From: Rhizodiscina lignyota
Lineage: Eukaryota
DNA length: 64,000 nucleotides
Reading direction: 5' to 3'
NCBI GenBank assembly: GCA_010015805.1
Contig: ML978127.1
Location: forward strand, 744,001 to 808,000
Below are positions 12,845 to 25,685 of the stretch, in pieces (position 1 is the first letter of the stretch; every line of letters starts with the position of its first letter). Below the pieces are notes generated by a model. That model ran no database searches and had not been told where the DNA came from. It saw only the letters and a list, made by a program, of their open reading frames with translations. A program made the translations under genes and the position numbers.

Positions 12845-15331
12845 ATGGCATCTACTACGGACTTCCGCCGGCCTATTCAATACAAGGCGAAGAATGAAAA
12901 ATTCGTGTCCTGGCTCCGAGATCAGGCTCGTAAGCTCAAAATCAAGCAGCCAACAGGTGTCTCCGAGGAAAACAAAAGCGCAAGTTTGACGACGGAACAA
13001 CTGAAACACCTGGCTGCAGATGTGGCGGAAGCACTCCCGCAAAACACCCCTATACCTCCACATGTCTTCTATCTGCTCGAAGGTGTAATTCGAGACCGAA
13101 AGGCGGCCGCACAATGGCACCAAGAACTCGCGCCACCATTTACGTCCAAGACTCATGCCAGCAATAAGCGACATAAATATTTCATCAAAGTCCTCGAAGA
13201 TATTCTGCACGCACTACGAAAGGCCAGAGGCAACGAAGCGGCTCGACGACAGAAGAAATTGAAGCGCGACCAAGATGCTCTCCTAGTTAACGAGACAACA
13301 CGGCCCGTGAGGGAACTTCAGAACATGTACGAACCTCTGGAAGTCTTTTCAGTTTCACCAGAGGATACGGAACCGGAAGTACAGCCCGAGGACGATAAAG
13401 GTGATTGGGATACGGAAGAGACCGATGCGGATGATAGCAACTCGAACCCGATTTTCGACTCAAAGCCGGCGGATGACGATCGTTTCTGTGCTATTCTCAG
13501 CTTTTTCAAAGATTTTGCAAGACTGCGATTCTTTGTACGCAACACTTGGACCGACTATCGACGCCACAAGATCAGCTTGACAAATGCAGCGACGCTTACT
13601 CGTCTCGCAACGCTCCTCGCCGGAGACAAGGTCGTGGAGCTCTACGAATCCCCGCACGCATTCTCTGGCATGAACGGCGTCGCAGAATTCCTTCAAAAAT
13701 ATCTCCATCCAGATGCCACTCCCTTACATCTCTGCAAAGTACCTCCGGAGCTGCAACCAATGTCCAAAGATGAACTTTTCGAGTCACACATGTTCTGTTA
13801 CAGTTCATTCAAGGCACTTCTCGAGGTTCAAGATCAGGTGATCTTGGCAATGGATGAACTTCGTGTTCGCGAGAAATTCAGCATGTCTGCAGAGGAGTTA
13901 ATCGCTCAGAGGCGATCCAAATTGAACCCAGTGGTGCTCAAAGCCCATAGAGATGAGTATCTCATGGACGTCGCGATGCATGTGGTTGGGGCAATCTCTT
14001 CTGCTTCCCACAGAAATGAGGATCTCAAAGAGCTTCCCAACACCCTGGAGTTGCTCGCCCCAGTGATGGCGCTCTTGCTGAACCACCGCTTGATTGGCGT
14101 AGATTTCCTCTCGTTCGTCATGTTCACACTGCAGGGAGAGGTGAGGAAAGGCATCGGCCATTCAAGCGGAGCTGCATATGAAGACTTCAAGACGAACATA
14201 CACGAAATCATGCGGAGCGTTATCGCCTGGAACGTGCCTCGGATCGGCTTGGATAAGCTCCTCGCTACTATGAAAAGCGATTTTGCGCGTACGCTGCGGT
14301 CTTTCGATTTTGTGCCGGCGAGATTATTATACGATATAACCAGATATCTGCCAGGCAAGGATTCACCCGGTCCACAGCTGAGCCCTGAACAGATGTCAGG
14401 CGCCTCGCATATCGAATGGCTTCTGAAGGAAAATCCTTACCTCTCCGGCACCTTCTTGAAGATGAATCACTGGAAGTGTCAAGATTATGGCATCGAACAG
14501 GCGAACGAAAGCCTGGCCGTTCACGTTCTAGTCCATCTCTACGTCGCTTGCAGGCAACTCGGAATACTCAAGAAAGCTTGGCAGCTACTGGACGACCTCA
14601 TCGAGGTACAGGGTGAGCAGTATCTATTCTTCGGTGGCTTGCCAACAAACGCACACGAAAGCTTCGTCAAGTTTGGCTTGGCGTTCTCAATGGACCTCAA
14701 GACTCTCAAGCAGGGAGTCGGTCCAGATGAGATAGCCAGGCTTTCCTTGCATGGCAAAGTCAAACGGAGCTACCGTCACACGGATCTCGAACGCATTGCT
14801 TGGGACAAGTGCGATTCGAACGGGCAGAATGGATGGGTTCACATATTCCAGCTGCTGAAAGAGGACCCGGAACCGGATGCGGAGAAGAACGGGAAGCACC
14901 AGCACCAGCGCCCAGCGCCCGTCAGTGAGAGTGAAGCGCTAAAGAGAGTGACGATGCGCCTGAAGAGAGACGAGAAGAGCTCATCTTTCGACTACATCAG
15001 GCTTTGCGCTCGAGCTCGACAGGTTTTACGATTGGTGGACGAAACTCCCCAAATCAAGAACCTGGTTGATGGGGCAATCGGAAGATCGAGGATCCCTCCG
15101 GCCGTATTTCAGCACAACGAGCAGGCGCGATATGTGATGAATGGATTCGTTGTGCTGAAGCCGGCCGCTGGCTCGTACAGGTACCTGGAAGAGGTCAGCG
15201 ATCGTATTTCGCACGTAGCGCAGTTTGATGAAAGGCTGCAGGAGGCTGGGGTCTCTCAGGACCCCCGAAGTTATGAGGAGGCGGAGGAAATGGCGAGAAG
15301 TGTGCTTGATGCCGAATTGGCGCAGAAATAG
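12845..15331 (+). CDS. DUF6604-like domain protein (fungal, unknown function), intronless
   Basis: N-terminal QYK...KFVSWL...L-HLAADVA...LEGVIRDRK...SNKRHKYFIKVLE and FFKDFARLRFFVRNTW-DY resemble DUF6604 proteins. The ORF is 828 aa. Confidence 0.72.
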   Translation: MASTTDFRRPIQYKAKNEKFVSWLRDQARKLKIKQPTGVSEENKSASLTTEQLKHLAADVAEALPQNTPIPPHVFYLLEGVIRDRKAAAQWHQELAPPFTSKTHASNKRHKYFIKVLEDILHALRKARGNEAARRQKKLKRDQDALLVNETTRPVRELQNMYEPLEVFSVSPEDTEPEVQPEDDKGDWDTEETDADDSNSNPIFDSKPADDDRFCAILSFFKDFARLRFFVRNTWTDYRRHKISLTNAATLTRLATLLAGDKVVELYESPHAFSGMNGVAEFLQKYLHPDATPLHLCKVPPELQPMSKDELFESHMFCYSSFKALLEVQDQVILAMDELRVREKFSMSAEELIAQRRSKLNPVVLKAHRDEYLMDVAMHVVGAISSASHRNEDLKELPNTLELLAPVMALLLNHRLIGVDFLSFVMFTLQGEVRKGIGHSSGAAYEDFKTNIHEIMRSVIAWNVPRIGLDKLLATMKSDFARTLRSFDFVPARLLYDITRYLPGKDSPGPQLSPEQMSGASHIEWLLKENPYLSGTFLKMNHWKCQDYGIEQANESLAVHVLVHLYVACRQLGILKKAWQLLDDLIEVQGEQYLFFGGLPTNAHESFVKFGLAFSMDLKTLKQGVGPDEIARLSLHGKVKRSYRHTDLERIAWDKCDSNGQNGWVHIFQLLKEDPEPDAEKNGKHQHQRPAPVSESEALKRVTMRLKRDEKSSSFDYIRLCARARQVLRLVDETPQIKNLVDGAIGRSRIPPAVFQHNEQARYVMNGFVVLKPAAGSYRYLEEVSDRISHVAQFDERLQEAGVSQDPRSYEEAEEMARSVLDAELAQK

Positions 15332-16695
15332 CTTTCATATTTCAGTTAAGAGAGCGTAAGTGTAGCGTACAGCATAGGAGCAGTTAGCTCCTCGCGAGCT
15401 TATCAGAGCCGCAATGCCATCTGTTTTCCACGCCCACGAGAAGTAAACCTTCTAAGGCAGACCTGCTAAGTTACTCCTTGACAACCTCGAATGTGAACTC
15501 GTAGATACGCGGAAGCTTCCTAGAAGTGCTAAAGGTAGCTATAATAGAGTGGCTCGGTGGGCTGTTCGCTCTCTGGAAACTACTCCGTAGCTTCGTGGCG
15601 TTACATATGCATTGCCCGCCAGCTCCGCCAATGCAGAAGTAGGATGGATGCGATACGGCCATCTCGCGCTTTAGTCGTCGCAGCGGCAAATGGATATGTC
15701 TACTGTGCTACACAAATTGCGGAACGAGTTGCTACTGAACTCAGCGGACTCTGTGTATGATGGGATATCGGTATGGCTTGTATTGTTTACGGTACGGTTT
15801 AGAAAATCCCGTAGGTTACGATATGGGGTACGGACAGGCACTGACAAAGCGCGAAATATGGAAATCTCCGAAGTTAATTTCGCACCTCTTGAGCGATCTC
15901 GGCGTATAATTAAACAAGCGCTCGGTCTACAGCTGTGCCCAACCTGTGTACGAATTGAACTAACAAATATTTAAGCATTTCCTCTTGTTTGACCTTACAT
16001 AAGCTGTACTGAAGCGTAACCTGTTACCTGAATTTTCACGTCTTGGCACAATGTAGTTGGATGGATCCGCGTATAAGTGAACGAGCGCTACACGTACAGC
16101 AAGGGAACTGTTTAAAAAAGACGAGAAGGAATTTTTAGTGCTGTTCCTGCTTCTGCGAATCGCCGTGGACCGGAAAGGCATGCCCAATGCAATCAGTCGG
16201 CGGCTGACGGCAATAAATTTCCGGACTTTCACGATCCACAATTTTTTTCGTCCCTCAGAGGACCCCTCCATTTTGTCATGGCACGCGAACATTTTCGCCT
16301 CCTGAGGCGCTTCATACGACCAATTCAGAGGTCGCAACTTATATTCGCTGATATGGCACTCAGCCATGATGTCCATTGACCATCTACGCCCCTTCCCAAC
16401 CGTTTAGACTCTCCCCAGCTTCGATTGGATTCCTCGACCCGCAAACAGCCGCGGCGGTAAAAGTTTGAACCTCTCTCGTCGTACGTAGTACGTATTAATC
16501 ATCCCTTGGCCACCATTTGTTTGCGTGATGATTTGTATTTCCAAAAAGATGTTAGACTTCTGAATCTGCTGAAGAAAATCACATTTCCTGACTTGCCTTT
16601 GTCTTCTGGAATCGTACTCCCTATCCAAAGCAGCTCGAGCATTCGACTAAGAGCTTTATAGAGACTAGGATCAGGATCCAGATATTCTCGACATC

Positions 16696-18748
16696 ATGTG
16701 CGGAATCATAGGTGTAATGCACGCAGATCCAGAGTCCAACCTGGGTTAGTCTCACTATTCATTCTTCGCGCTCTACCATTCAGCCTTCCTGCTCGGGATG
16801 CAAGCTTACAGTCGACAGCTGCATACGAATGTCACGACGCTCTCTACCTTCTTCAGCACCGCGGCCAGGATGCTTGCGGGATTACAAGCTGCGGACCTGG
16901 AGGGCGCATATACCAGAACAAGGGCAATGGAATGGCATCAAAGGTGTTCAAGGAGGGCGCCACGGTTGGAGATCTCCCTGGATATATGGCTCTTGGGCAT
17001 TTGCGCTATCCGACTGCGGGCAGCAGCGCAAATTCCGAAGCGCAGCCTTTCTATGTCAATAGCCCGTACGGCATATGCTTTACCCATAACGGCAACCTCA
17101 TAAATGCGCCAGAATTAAAGAGATTCCTTGACAAGGAGGCGCATCGGCACATTAATACCGACAGTGACAGCGAGCTCATGCTAAACATATTCGCGAGTGA
17201 GCTGAATGAGACCGGCAAATCGAGAGTCAACGCCGACGATATATTCGCTGCGCTAGAGCGCACTTCTCAGAGATGCGTTGGGGGCTGGGCGTGTACTGCA
17301 ATGCTAGCGGGTACGTGATTGATAGCAGTTTGGTATTAGGCCCAACTAAACTAGTATCAGGTTTCGGTCTCATTGGGTTTCGAGATCCGCACGGAATCCG
17401 ACCCATCGTTCTCGGATCCAAACCATCAGAAACAGTCCCGAACACAACCGATTACATGCTCGCGAGCGAGTCTGTTGCACTGACGCAATGCGGATATAAA
17501 ACGTTCGTCGATATCAGGCCGGGACAAGCAGTTATCCTCGAGAAGGGGAGGCCGCCCGTGTTCCATCAAGTTGCGCCGCAACTCGCATATGCGCCTGACA
17601 TATTCGAGTATGTCTACTTCGCAAGACCCGACTCGGTCATCGACGGGATCGACGTCGATGAGAGCCGCCGTAATATGGGCTTCCGTCTCGCAGATACCAT
17701 TAGGAACCAGCTGGGCGAAGAGTTGCTTGCAGACATCGACGTTGTCATGCCGATTCCTGAGACCAGCATTACTAGCGCTTTGTGCGTTGCTGAGAGCTTG
17801 GGCAAGCCATACGTCCAAGGATTCGTCAAGAATCGATACATTTTCCGAACTTTCATTATGCCGAACCAGAAGATGCGACAGAAAGGCGTACGCGCAAAGC
17901 TCAACCCAATGAAGAAGAAGTTCGAGGGGAAGAACGTTCTTCTTGTTGACGATAGCATCGTACGAGGCACAACAAGTAGAGAAATCGTACTGATGGCTCG
18001 AGAAGCTGGTGCAAAGAAAGTCATCTTTACCAGCTGCGCACCGCCTATCACCAACGCCCATATCTACGGCATAGACCTTGCAGTACCGTCTGAACTTATC
18101 GCACACTCAAGGACGCCCGAGGCGATTGCAAAACACATTGGTGCAGACGCTGTCATCTATCAGAACTTGCCTGATCTCATCACCGCATGCGCTGAGGCTG
18201 CGCTGGACCCATCTGACCCCAAAAATCCTAAGAACTTCGAAGTTGGCGTAAGGCACTCTCTCTTTCCATTTCGTTAACTAGTACTGACATACTTTAGGTC
18301 TTCTGTGGGAAATACATCACTCCAGGTAAACATCCATCCAGCAAGTCTTGTGGAGAACGACTGCTTACTAATATGTATAGTCGACGATCAATACTTTGTA
18401 CATCTGGAGCGCATCAGGAGTAAAGCCGCCTCTCGTAAAGCCGCGGAGCGCGCACGCCGTATGGTCGCCGACAATGCAGCCATCAGCAACACCGCGGAGA
18501 GCTATTTCGACCACAAGCACGTTCTCGAAGCCTTCGAGTCTTCACCCGTTAGCCTGGTCAGCGGACTTACTGGAATGACTTTGCTTAATGGAAATGGGCA
18601 AACGCAAGCTGGTAATAGCACTGGTCTGAACACTGAATCAGCAATGACCGCGCCAACGACTCCCGGTGCACTGACAGATGCTGAGAGGCGGGTTACGCAG
18701 AGCCAGGATATCAGTTTACACAATCTAAATGATTATGCAAGCCCATGA
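16696..18748 (+). CDS. ADE4: Amidophosphoribosyltransferase (glutamine PRPP amidotransferase), 5 exons
   Basis: Starts MCGIIG (N-terminal catalytic Cys). Motifs [35 protein letters not shown] and PRPP-binding [14 protein letters not shown]. Introns at about 16745-16818, 17311-17360, 18248-18297 and 18326-18380. Confidence 0.97.
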
Positions 18749-19580
18749 TATCACGGGACTGGACTCTTGGCGTTAACGGGATTCTGGGCACATCATAAGT
18801 GGAATTTACTCGAGCACTGTTCAGTGGTGGCGGTTTGATTCATAGTTGCAATGGGCACCCTCACTAGGTAGAATGAGGATGATCGCGAGGTCGGCTTCTT
18901 GCAGAATTAACCCTGTGATGATAGACAATGAAAGCAATTTCAACCCATTTCCTCCTCTCTCGAGGACTTTTCTCAGCGACGATTATGTGTAACAGCCAAA
19001 ATTTGTTGTGTTGAATTAATTGGAGAGGGAAGCCTCCCAATCCCTAACGTCCCTTATTGAACCAGACGCAGACAACGAACCAGATGATGCAAAACGAGAA
19101 TATGGCACGGATCTAAGCTTGCGTCCTCCAGTGCGAAGCAAGACTACTGAGCTCAGCAATAGTGCCTATGAATGATTCGCCGATTGCATCAAGCAAGCCA
19201 TAGACTCGATATATCACTCAACCAACCTTTTCCAACGCGGAGAAGAACACTCTAGAAGAAAGTATAATTACAAAACACTCCTCTGTGGAGAATCTCGCGA
19301 CGGAGTTATATTCTAGTGCATACATAGTGAAGAAAATATTTTACATTACGATACATGACGCTTTCATTAGACACGTCAGGAGATAATCCTCTTCGGGCTG
19401 ACATAGAGTCCAAGCCACACTGTGCGACATCAAACGATAGTAGTACACTAAGCTTTTTTTTCCATGGTCTTCCGTACCATTCTACCCAACCATTGACATA
19501 TGACCTGTTGAATGGCCGGAATTGCTCCTGCTGAAATTTAACATCAAAATTTTTCAGTCTCCAGCCTTCAATCCGGTGAC

Positions 19581-20915
19581 TCAACCAAGAATTTCACATA
19601 CTCCACACTTCCTTCTCGGCTTCCCCCTAGCACCAACAAGTTGATAGATCCCCTCCATTTGCACTTTCAGGCTCTCGTTCGCTTCTAACACTCGATCCCT
19701 CTCGCGCTCCAGCTGTTTAATGTAGCTGGTCGCACCCGAAAGGATCTCAGCCTTTGACCGCTTGTAGAGCGCCGACGCTGTCGCAGGATCTTCCATGTCA
19801 GCGTTGCCGCCGTCACCGTCACAGGTCGATGATCCCGCGTCTCTGCTGTGGTGCTGCGGCTGCAAGAAAGGAATCGCGCGCCGCAGACTCTCGATCTGTG
19901 TGTTTATTGACTCACGATATTTGCGCTCTATTTGATGATGTGGTGTTCTGCCTTTATTGTGAGACGAGGCAGGTTTGGTTGCTTCTTCCTTGGGTTCCGG
20001 CTCTTGAGCTCTCTTGAGTAGAGGCCTGTCCCTGCCAGGCTGAGGTTTGGCTTCGGAGCCTGGTTGATGCTGAGCCCGAGCGGCGGGAGTTGTGTCTCGA
20101 TCCGATACGCTGTCGGCGGACCTATCTCGGCGCCTAGTATGGCAGGGACGTTTGGAAATCCGTGGCCTGCCACCACCAGTCATCTGATCCCAAGAGGAGG
20201 TCCCGGCCAGCGGGCTCTGGGGGAGCTCGGAGAACAGAAGTGGGGTACAGTTGCCACTACACGTCGCCGGGTCCAGGTCTATCATGCTATCAGTGCCCTG
20301 TTGAAAGCGGAAGGATGAATTCCCGCAAACAGCATGAGAGTCTGCTCGAGCTGCATCTCGGTCGCGTTTAATGCCGATAACTCTCTCTTCCGTTATGGGG
20401 GAGATAGGAGGCTCCTGCATGCTACTTGTGGACCCTTGATTGGAAGAGACCATTCGCAATTGATTCGCAAGCAGTGGTTCTAAATCAGTGGTGGCGCCGA
20501 AGATGGAGCTGCCGAGGCATGCTGCCTGGTCTGCAATTGGATCCCTCCATGGTGTCATCCGTTGCGAGTCTACCGTCCCTAAGCGACCTGCAGAGACGAG
20601 AATGTTGCCCTGACGGTGGCTATCTGAAGCACTTGAGCTTGAACTGTAATTGATCGCGCGATACGAGTTGAGCAGATTATTCCCGGTCGCTGTCACGGTG
20701 GGCTGGTTCTTGCCAGCATCGGCAGCACTTAGCGTATCCAGATCTGCATTAGCGAATCCTTGTGGCGACGGTGACGAGTCGAAAGGTGATGCGAAAGACT
20801 GCCGAGTGTATCCGTCTTCAAGGAGAGAATCCCAGTATGAGTCGTAGCTATGATCCACCGGAACGTTCTCGCAGCCTCCACGGAAGTCATACAAATCGAA
20901 GTCCCGTAGTGGCAT
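19581..20915 (-). CDS. bHLH transcription factor, SREBP-type (Tyr in basic region), no TM segment
   Basis: HHQIERKYRESINTQIESLRRAIP...SKAEILSGATSYIKQLE followed by a zipper. The ERKYR tyrosine is diagnostic of SREBP-like bHLH proteins. Confidence 0.85.
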   Translation of the reverse strand: MPLRDFDLYDFRGGCENVPVDHSYDSYWDSLLEDGYTRQSFASPFDSSPSPQGFANADLDTLSAADAGKNQPTVTATGNNLLNSYRAINYSSSSSASDSHRQGNILVSAGRLGTVDSQRMTPWRDPIADQAACLGSSIFGATTDLEPLLANQLRMVSSNQGSTSSMQEPPISPITEERVIGIKRDRDAARADSHAVCGNSSFRFQQGTDSMIDLDPATCSGNCTPLLFSELPQSPLAGTSSWDQMTGGGRPRISKRPCHTRRRDRSADSVSDRDTTPAARAQHQPGSEAKPQPGRDRPLLKRAQEPEPKEEATKPASSHNKGRTPHHQIERKYRESINTQIESLRRAIPFLQPQHHSRDAGSSTCDGDGGNADMEDPATASALYKRSKAEILSGATSYIKQLERERDRVLEANESLKVQMEGIYQLVGARGKPRRKCGVCEILG

Positions 20916-22081
20916 GGCCTTGAAATTGAAATTGAACTCGTGTTCTTTTGTTGGTTGGTGCCTGATGTGTCTGTCATTCAGTAGGCACAGTTCTCGAATC
21001 GAGTGGTATTGATGTTCGAGGATGTGCAAAAGAGGACCACGGTATGCGCGGTATCACGCGACTATATCTTTGACGTTACGATCGTAGGGTGACCAAGAGA
21101 TCGGAAGTAGTTTAAGATGATTGAGTTTGAATAGGCATAGATGGTATACGAGATAACGTCGTGGGAGAAGAAAGAGCTCGAAGAATGTCGTCTGCTTTTT
21201 TATTGTTTGAAGATTAACTCGAAGAATGCTGATGATGAAAGGAGATATATCATACTTCTGCGTTGCACATTTCAAGCCGAGCCGCCGAGCAAGGACCCTT
21301 GGATATACGGAGATATCAAATATATCACAAGGTTTAAATGAACACCCAATTACGAAAGAGAGTCCACATGGCTGATCGCCTAGCGTGAACAACACGTGGA
21401 AATATAAAGAATTTCTTGCTTCAGCGTTCCCTTTTGAGGATCCTTGCTCTGCAAGCTGAGCAGTTCGGTCGCTTTCCGGTTTGACGGGAGCACCTGCATC
21501 ATCTGCCTCCTACCGATGATAGCACCCGCATCCAAGAGCATGCATTGCTCGAGCCCAGGAGTACGAATAAGTGTGAAGGCGATCCAATTGCAAGATATAA
21601 AAGTGGGGCGTAGGGCCGGGGAAGGTTCTGGTCGTAAGTAGCAAGTCATGGGCGTTATGATGAATATCGGAGAGTTCCGCAGCGGTGGTCGGAGGTAGCT
21701 CCGCTGCCCAGGATATTCTGCAACAACATGGCCTGATAATATGGCATGCTATCATGCCTCCATTGCTTCTCGGCTGTTCCGACGGGGCTTTACTGCCGAA
21801 AGAAAGTTCGAGCAGGTAATGCCAAATCCGCGACGGGGAGTATGGAGCATGCAATTCGGCACTCCTCAAGCCCCTTGAAGACAATTTCACATGGGGAGCA
21901 ATTCGAGGGTACACTCGGTGTCTCCGCGTGAAAGCGATCCCGACGAAACGAGCAGAGGATGACTTGCCGGGCCGAGTTGCCTATAGAACGGTGCCAATGA
22001 TGAAAGCTCCAAGGCTTCGACGGTGAGATCTGACAGCCTGTGAGAACATCGCTCCCAATCATACAGACATTCCCAATTCAT

Positions 22082-24220
22082 TTACTGCATAAGCAACCGA
22101 ACCGCCCACTGCACGCTCAATCCCCTCAAGTCCCCATAATGCTGTCCGACGCCCAGGAAGACCACCGGTATCCCTGTGGCATGCACCATGCTGACAATGA
22201 CCCCCACCATATCCCCCACAGTATCGCATTTGCTAATGACGAACCCATCCAACCCTCTTCCCTTCCCAAAGGCTTCGTTGAAATGCCTCGCCTGCTGTAC
22301 TGAGTCGCTTCCAACCAACGCCTCTCCAACCATGAGGATCTTATCTGGGTTAGCCAGTTTGGCAAACTTCTCGAGAGATGACATGAGGCGCTGGTCGTTG
22401 TGGCGCCGGCCTGCGGTGTCGATGAGAACGACTTGGTAGCCCTCCTTTGCAGCGTAGTCGACAGCTTCCTTGGCGATGTTCGCGGCGTCCTTGCCGTAGC
22501 CCTTCTCGAAAATGTCGACTTCTGCGCCGCCGCCTTCTCTAGTGACTAGCTCCTTCAGATTCCGCACATGGACGCGGAGCTGCTCGACTGCTCCGGAACG
22601 GAATGTATCCGCCGCTGCGATCAGTACGCGATACCGGTTCTGCAGTAAGAAGTATGCAATCTTCGACAGATTCGTCGACTTGCCAACACCGTTGACGCCG
22701 ACAATGGAGAGAACGTATGGACGGGGCTTGGACGGGTTAGATGAGAGAAATGATGATGAGGGTGCTGTGACAGATTGGATCTCTCGAAGGAGGTCAAGGG
22801 ATGTTGTTGGTGTGAGGATTTTGCGGAGGGCTGTCTCCATGGATGTTCGGATGGTGGTCTCTATGCCTATAACGAAGTCAGTAATGCAGTTCATTGCGGA
22901 TCACAGCTACAGTAAACGTACTCGTGAAGCTCTCAGTCTTCTTTCCGACGAGGTCATTCTCCACACTTTCACATAGCCGCACCGCTGCTTCTCGAGCCAC
23001 GTTTTTATTCAGGAGATGGTCTTCCATGCCTTTCAACGGCTTGGCCAGATCCTCCTTAGTCAGAGTCTTCCCACCTACGACATTCCTGAACAGTCCAGTG
23101 ATTGCACCTAAGCTCGATCCCACGAGGCCTGAGCTACCACTGGCCTCTGCACTTGAGGCTTTCTTCGCATTTGCTGAAGATATGATGGAATCCATTTCAT
23201 CATCAAGCTCTTTCAGAACGAACTCTCCTTTACCCGTCCGTGTCCCCCATGATGACGAGCTCACAGCTTCAACTCCTGATGTTGGTCCTGCATCTTTTGA
23301 TGACTCGTCCCCTCGTCCAGCTGAAGAGTAGTCCAACACAGTGTCGTCTTCCTCGTCCGCCATGCCATTCGCATCCCATTTGCGCGCCTTCTTCGCCCTC
23401 AGGGTTTGCGACTTGTACATCGGCGATTCGTCCCCTGATGACGCTGGAGCGGAGTTCGCCGCTACGCTGGCAGCCTTTCGCGCGCGACGAGACGTGGGAC
23501 GTTGTTTCGCTTGAAGGAGATGTGAAACAGCAGGCGAAGCTGGTCGCGAAGTATCGGGCGTCGGGATAGGAGTGCTATCTGTCGAAGGAGCATGTTCGCT
23601 GAAGGTCTTCTGCCCAGCTGCTTTGAGCAGTGGGAGTGGTGGCGGAGGAGGTTCGTCAGCGCCTGAGCTCGTCGATGGAGGTGTCAGTTCTGCAGCAGAG
23701 TTCGAAGTGGATGATTGCGCCGCGATTGATGAACCACCGTCAAGTTTCTCCAGCTCTTGCACCTGACGGTCGAAGTATGGTTCGAAATTGCATTTGAACG
23801 ACGTAGTATTTCGCTTCTTCAAGTCGTCGCGATACAGCTCGGTGAATAGAGCGCGCACGTTATCGAGAAGCTTGTCTATCCAGGAGAGGTGGATGAGCGA
23901 CTGGTACACAGCCTATATCGTGGATTTGTATTAGCAACTGTGTCTTCACTGAATCTCGCATGTGATGCGCTGCTCGGCTGCCAGAGTCGCCGTACCACAA
24001 AGATGAGGCCCAAATCTTTCGCCGTTGTCCACTTTAGTGTGTAGCCTTCCTTCTTGTAAGTTGGCTTCTGCGCGATATCCTCGTCAATTGCCGCGCCCGC
24101 GCGTTCTTCGATGAAGATGTCCTTAATTAAGCTGTTGATCACATTTGCGCCGATTGGGACGTAGGTCTTTGACCAAAGGACAACGCCCGACGTCGACAGG
24201 ATTTCGAATGAGTCCAACAT
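22082..24220 (-). CDS. SRP101: Signal recognition particle receptor alpha subunit (introns 23913-23995 and 22867-22921)
   Basis: N-terminal SRX domain MLDSFEILSTSGVVLWS. GTPase motifs GVNGVGKSTNLSK, DTFRSGAVEQL, DTAGR, SKCD and GVGQHYGDL. Confidence 0.97.
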
Positions 24221-24457
24221 CCTGCCAGCTCTTTGTGTGACTTAGAAATTCAAAAGTTGACGAAGATGAAGAGAAGCGGCTTTCAAATGGCATATCAACG
24301 GGTATGACGAATGACGGTCCCAGCTCGGACACTTGGCATCAAATGTTCAGATCAGCACGAGAGCAATTATCTGTCCACTTCACCCAACTTCACCTTCTTC
24401 GCTTCCAACCTTCTCTCTTCTCATATACACGCTGAGCGCTGCATTATACTCCACAAA

Positions 24458-25685
24458 ATGCATCGCCCAGGGTATCAAAATCCTGCGCCCGCACACTCTC
24501 CTCCACTCCACCACCCCGTCCCTCAGCATGTATCTACCGTTCCGCAACTGCGAAGTCCTCCTCCGCCAGTGTCGCAATCGCAACAACAACAATCCGGTGG
24601 CTATGGCTATGGAGGGGCCCCGCAAGGGCAGGGTCAAGGCAATCCGTACATGAACCAAGCATTCGGTGGCTTCATGAACGACACAACCGCGCAAATGGGA
24701 ATACAAGTAGGGAAGAGCGCAATGGTGGCGGGACAGGAGTATATGGAGCAGAATGTAGGAATATTGACGCCTTATTTTGGCCCTCCTGAAGCTTGACTTG
24801 AGCTAATACATACTGAACAGTTTTCAAAATACGTCAACGTACCCGTTTTAAAGCACTACTTCAACGTCTCGAACAGCTACGTCCTCCAGAAGCTTTACGT
24901 CGTCCTCTTCCCCTGGCGGCATCGGCCATGGTCACGGAAACAACAGATCTCACCAAATGGACAAGACAGCTTCTATCTCCCTCCTCGGGAAGACGTCAAC
25001 AGTCCGGACATGTACATTCCCCTTATGGCTCTCGTCACATACATCCTCCTTTGCACCATCCTCGCAGGTGTCCGTGGCGCCTTCGACCCAGAATTACTAG
25101 GCGGTACACTGGGTGCCGCTGGTGCGGTCATTCTGTTTGAGATTCTACTGCTCAAGCTTGGTACCTATCTCCTCAGCATAAGCAACGAATCCCAGTTGCT
25201 CGACTTGGTCGCATACAGCGGATACAAGTTTGTGGGCACGAACGCGACGCTTGTGATCAGCGAGCTTTTCAATCGAGGGCAAGGCACGGGTGGTTATGCT
25301 GGTTGGACCGTCTTCATCTACACATTCTTGGCAAATGCCTTCTTTCTTGTACGTGTCCTCGTCCCCTTGCACACCTCACAGATTGCTAATGCAGCAGCAG
25401 CTCCGATCCCTCAAATATGTCCTCCTCCCCGACCCCTCTTCAGCTCCAACGCCCTCCGCAGGACCCAGCGCAGGCTCCTACACACTCGCGCGCGCCCAGC
25501 GCAACCGGCGGACGCAATTCTTGTTTGTCTACAGCTACGTTGTACAGCTAGTATTCATGTGGATACTGAGCAGACAGGAATCGGGACCAGCTTTCGCGGC
25601 TGCCGGTATTACTAGTAGCAAGTTGACTGGTGGTGGAGTCGGAAGTGGAGGCAGTCTCGCGGGAGCAAAGGGTCCAAGAGCATGA
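24458..25685 (+). CDS. YIF1: ER-Golgi transport protein Yif1/Hrf1 (introns 24755-24820 and 25349-25400)
   Basis: Motifs LKHYFNVSNSYV..KL..VLFPWRHRPW, PPREDVNSPDMYIPLMALVTYILL, LLDLVAYSGYKFVG and FFLLRSLKYVLLP. Confidence 0.95.
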
